DNA of 61,963 nt, filler included, from an uncultured bacterium (GTDB lineage: Bacteria; CAYUVA01): assembly GCA_964448115.1 (NCBI GenBank). It is 8 parts of 8 records of this genome, joined end to end, with 100 filler letters (N's around TTAATTAATTAA, not from the genome) between each part and the next. Parts side by side here need not be neighbours in the genome. Positions count along the whole stretch, not along the records: positions 55,971 to 61,963 come from CAYUVA010000075.1; 7 more parts are not named here. One strand, written 5' to 3'. The position numbers and the translations under genes are program-made. A model generated the notes under the pieces. That model ran no database searches and had not been told where the DNA came from. It saw nothing but the letters and a program-made list of their open reading frames with translations. Within the stretch, counting starts at the first letter, position 1. Each line of letters begins with the position of its first letter. Of this stretch, positions 59,353-61,963 are shown piece after piece.

Positions 59353-60598
59353 TAAATCGCCATACCTAATAGCTCCATTTATAGTGCTCTTATGCGTAAC
59401 GGTTCTGATAGCACCCAAAATCAATCTAGCCGAAGAGAGCACGCAGGATGCCCTGGAGAGCCTTTTTAAAGGCAAGAGCGAGCTGACTTACCTAAGCGAG
59501 GGCTTCAAGCAGGTATCGCCCCCGCTTTGGTCCCCGGATGGAGAGATAATCCTCTTCGAAGCCTTTAACAAAGGCAGTTATCGCGATCTTTACTGGGCTG
59601 ATTATATAGACCTGAAACCAAACCAATTGACCTATGAGCGCCAGTGCGATCCAGTCAAGATACAGAAGGAGCTGTTCGGAATTCAGTACGGGTTCACCAG
59701 CGATCCCCAGATATTCTTGTTTGCAGCCACCCATGAGCTAAATACCGACCTGTTCGTTTTCAATAAAAGGGAAAATATCTTCAGACAGTTGACCTATGAT
59801 CGCTCCTGGGATGGCGATGCTGCCTGGTCTGCTGATGGAAAGAATCTCGTCTTCGTATCCACCCGCATGGGAAATGCAGACCTGTGGATAAAGAAAATAT
59901 CAAAGTGGAGAATAAGCAGCCCTCGACAGCTCACATATCATAAGGAACTCGATTTCTCACCAGCATGGAGCGCTGATGGTAAGCTAATCGCCTTTACATC
60001 GTTCAGGGGCAAGAACTTCGATATATACACCATACAGCCCGATGGCAAGAAACTAAAAAGACTAACCGCGCTCGATACGGCAGAGAAGTATCCCGCCTGG
60101 TTCCCTGATAATCAGCACATAGCATTCTACTCGGAGAATAAACTATGTAGTGTCGATACCACCGGCGTATTCTTCAAGGTTCTGGCTGAGAATGTACGCA
60201 TCGATCCCCGCGGTCCCAGCATATCCCCAGATGGAAACCTTATCGCTTATGTACCCCTTGAAAATCCACAACAGATCATCAGAATCCTGAAGGTTAATGA
60301 CCTTTACACTTACGACCTCAAGATAGATGGCTTAAATGTTGGCGATCAGATCGAGCAAGTCCGCTTTTCACCTAAAGGCAGGCTCTTATCTGTTTATATA
60401 ACCAGCGAGAGTGGCTCTAAAATCTATATCATCAAGACCAGCGGCAAGTTCTCTAAACCATCGATCAATTACCGTATCCTTCATCTACCCCCCGGGGAAA
60501 CCCTGTCTTGGCGAGATGTCTTGGAGCTTGTATCAGAGCCGGAAAGCGGCGAGGCTGGAGATAGCGGCGAAAGCGGAATCAGCTCCACGGATTTTTAG
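59327..60598 (+). CDS. TolB-like / PD40 beta-propeller protein
   Basis: Repeated P.WS.DG..I.F (WSPDG, WSADG twice, WFPDN, ISPDG). Confidence 0.88.
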   Translation: MLPVMRISNKSPYLIAPFIVLLCVTVLIAPKINLAEESTQDALESLFKGKSELTYLSEGFKQVSPPLWSPDGEIILFEAFNKGSYRDLYWADYIDLKPNQLTYERQCDPVKIQKELFGIQYGFTSDPQIFLFAATHELNTDLFVFNKRENIFRQLTYDRSWDGDAAWSADGKNLVFVSTRMGNADLWIKKISKWRISSPRQLTYHKELDFSPAWSADGKLIAFTSFRGKNFDIYTIQPDGKKLKRLTALDTAEKYPAWFPDNQHIAFYSENKLCSVDTTGVFFKVLAENVRIDPRGPSISPDGNLIAYVPLENPQQIIRILKVNDLYTYDLKIDGLNVGDQIEQVRFSPKGRLLSVYITSESGSKIYIIKTSGKFSKPSINYRILHLPPGETLSWRDVLELVSEPESGEAGDSGESGISSTDF

Positions 60599-60640
60599 TT
60601 ATATTAGTTAGTTGAAAATATAAGAATCGAGCAGCTCTAA

Positions 60641-61519
60641 TTGGATAATTCTCTACATGAAATGAAGAAGTTGAGCCAAGATGAAACATCGCGGGATGAA
60701 AGGCTCCAGGAGATAGATCGCATCATCAACCGACAAAAGATCCAGGTTATATTTGCTGGAATACTATTTTTGTTTTTACTAGCCTACATCGCCGCAAATA
60801 TACTCTTGGAACACCAGATCTCCTACTTCCAGAGATTGAGCATGGGATTCATGTTCGTATGTCTGCTTATCTTGAACATCGTCCAGATATTGTTTTATCG
60901 CTCGATTACCAAGGAGAGCATATCAACTATCACTCGACTAATATTGCTCGATGAGCTGACCGAGGTGTACAACTACCGATCATTTCTGATGAGACTCCAG
61001 GAGGAAATCGCCAGATGCAAGCGTCGGGGAGGCAAATTCTCACTATTGTTCATCGATATCGACAACTTCAAGAACATCAATGACAACCTGGGGCACTACA
61101 TCGGAGACAAGGTTCTAAAGTTCGTCTCAAACCTGCTTAAAAGCGTGCTGCGCGATGACGATATACTTGGACGCATGGGCGGAGACGAGTTCGTCATCAT
61201 ACTACCCCAGACCGACATCGAGGGCGCAAAGGCTGTCTGCAACCGCATACTTAAGATGCTAAAGCAAACAGTGTATGAAGCATTCAAACAAAACTTGAAC
61301 ATCGATATCGGACTCAGTATCGGAATCACAACATTCCCTGAGCACTCTGATATAAAGGAAAAACTAATAAATAACGCCGACGAGGCAATGTATATGGCAA
61401 AACAAAGCGGTGGAAATAGATATGCTGTCTATAGAACCGCCAGTGGAAAGTTCCGAAAGGCTGATAACATCATCGATGAAGATCTCAAGGAGATCCTCGA
61501 CGAACAGGATAACAGCTAG
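60641..61519 (+). CDS. Membrane-bound diguanylate cyclase
   Basis: Two TM helices; DELTEVYN, DIDNFKNIND, RDDD I-site, GGDEF. Confidence 0.95.
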   Translation: MDNSLHEMKKLSQDETSRDERLQEIDRIINRQKIQVIFAGILFLFLLAYIAANILLEHQISYFQRLSMGFMFVCLLILNIVQILFYRSITKESISTITRLILLDELTEVYNYRSFLMRLQEEIARCKRRGGKFSLLFIDIDNFKNINDNLGHYIGDKVLKFVSNLLKSVLRDDDILGRMGGDEFVIILPQTDIEGAKAVCNRILKMLKQTVYEAFKQNLNIDIGLSIGITTFPEHSDIKEKLINNADEAMYMAKQSGGNRYAVYRTASGKFRKADNIIDEDLKEILDEQDNS

Positions 61520-61712
61520 ATCCACAAATAGGCTAATTATTTTCAAAAAAAGGGATTTTGTTCCTAGATTAAGAAAATAATTACTTAAATAGGGCTTATG
61601 AACCACCACTTCAAGCCAGTATTCATAGGGGTAAAATCTGAGGATCCATGTGCCACTGCCATTTTTAAAAGCTCGATCTTGCAAATAAAGGCTTTGTCAA
61701 AAAAAGAATTAA

Positions 61713-61728
61713 TGTTCCATGTGGAACA
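61713..61728. promoter_or_regulatory. parS-like centromere palindrome
   Basis: TGTTCCATGTGGAACA fits the parS consensus TGTTNCACGTGNAACA with one mismatch; intergenic. Confidence 0.7.
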
Positions 61729-61963
61729 TATGACTTAACTATTTGATTTTTTAGGTCGTTTTTCTCCAAATCTACATCAACGGACTCAAGTTTAAAAGCC
61801 CAAAACGAGGGGTGCTAATTGATCTATTTAGATTAACTCGTTGATATTAAAGAATAATTTTTTTGAAAAATTCTTCCGAGGATCCTCGTGCCTCCAATTT
61901 TGACCACGAAATATCGTGCCAAAATGGCACGCAGAGGGGATAACTCATTGATTTAATTGATGT

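Noticed and set aside
61900-61932. Sigma54-like TGGCACG motif in a small hairpin
   Set aside because: The -12 TTGC element is absent on both strands.
61510-61963. Possible oriC in the AT-rich end region
   Set aside because: No convincing TTATCCACA DnaA-box cluster seen; only one two-mismatch candidate near 61519.

Overview
The window is not one locus. It holds eight contigs of a fragmented bacterial draft genome or MAG, joined by 100-nt N-TTAATTAATTAA-N linkers and ordered by decreasing length, plus one internal 100-N scaffold gap; neighbourhoods are only meaningful within a contig. Ordinary content: murF 3' end, tRNA-Ala and tRNA-Ser, macro domain, carD, two parvulin PPIases, purC, bactofilin, a cusCBA-type heavy-metal RND pump, rocD, two radical SAM/SPASM enzymes, TauE, kdsD, xsc, CoA-transferase, M20 peptidase, GGDEF and several IS or pseudogene remnants. 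Main observations: (1) a ~100-aa domain ending in WP(Y)L recurs seven times in five unrelated, apparently secreted proteins on four contigs, suggesting a lineage-specific surface anchoring or sorting system; (2) a ~2000-aa nuclease-STAND ATPase (Avs-like) in an IS-bounded defence contig; (3) a degenerate RecA paralog downstream of a tandem PilZ gene; (4) a probable BPI/LBP-like lipid-binding surface protein; (5) a likely ATC start codon for carD; (6) the trailer end of a CRISPR array; (7) a parS-like palindrome. All family assignments come from reading motifs by eye; no database search was run.
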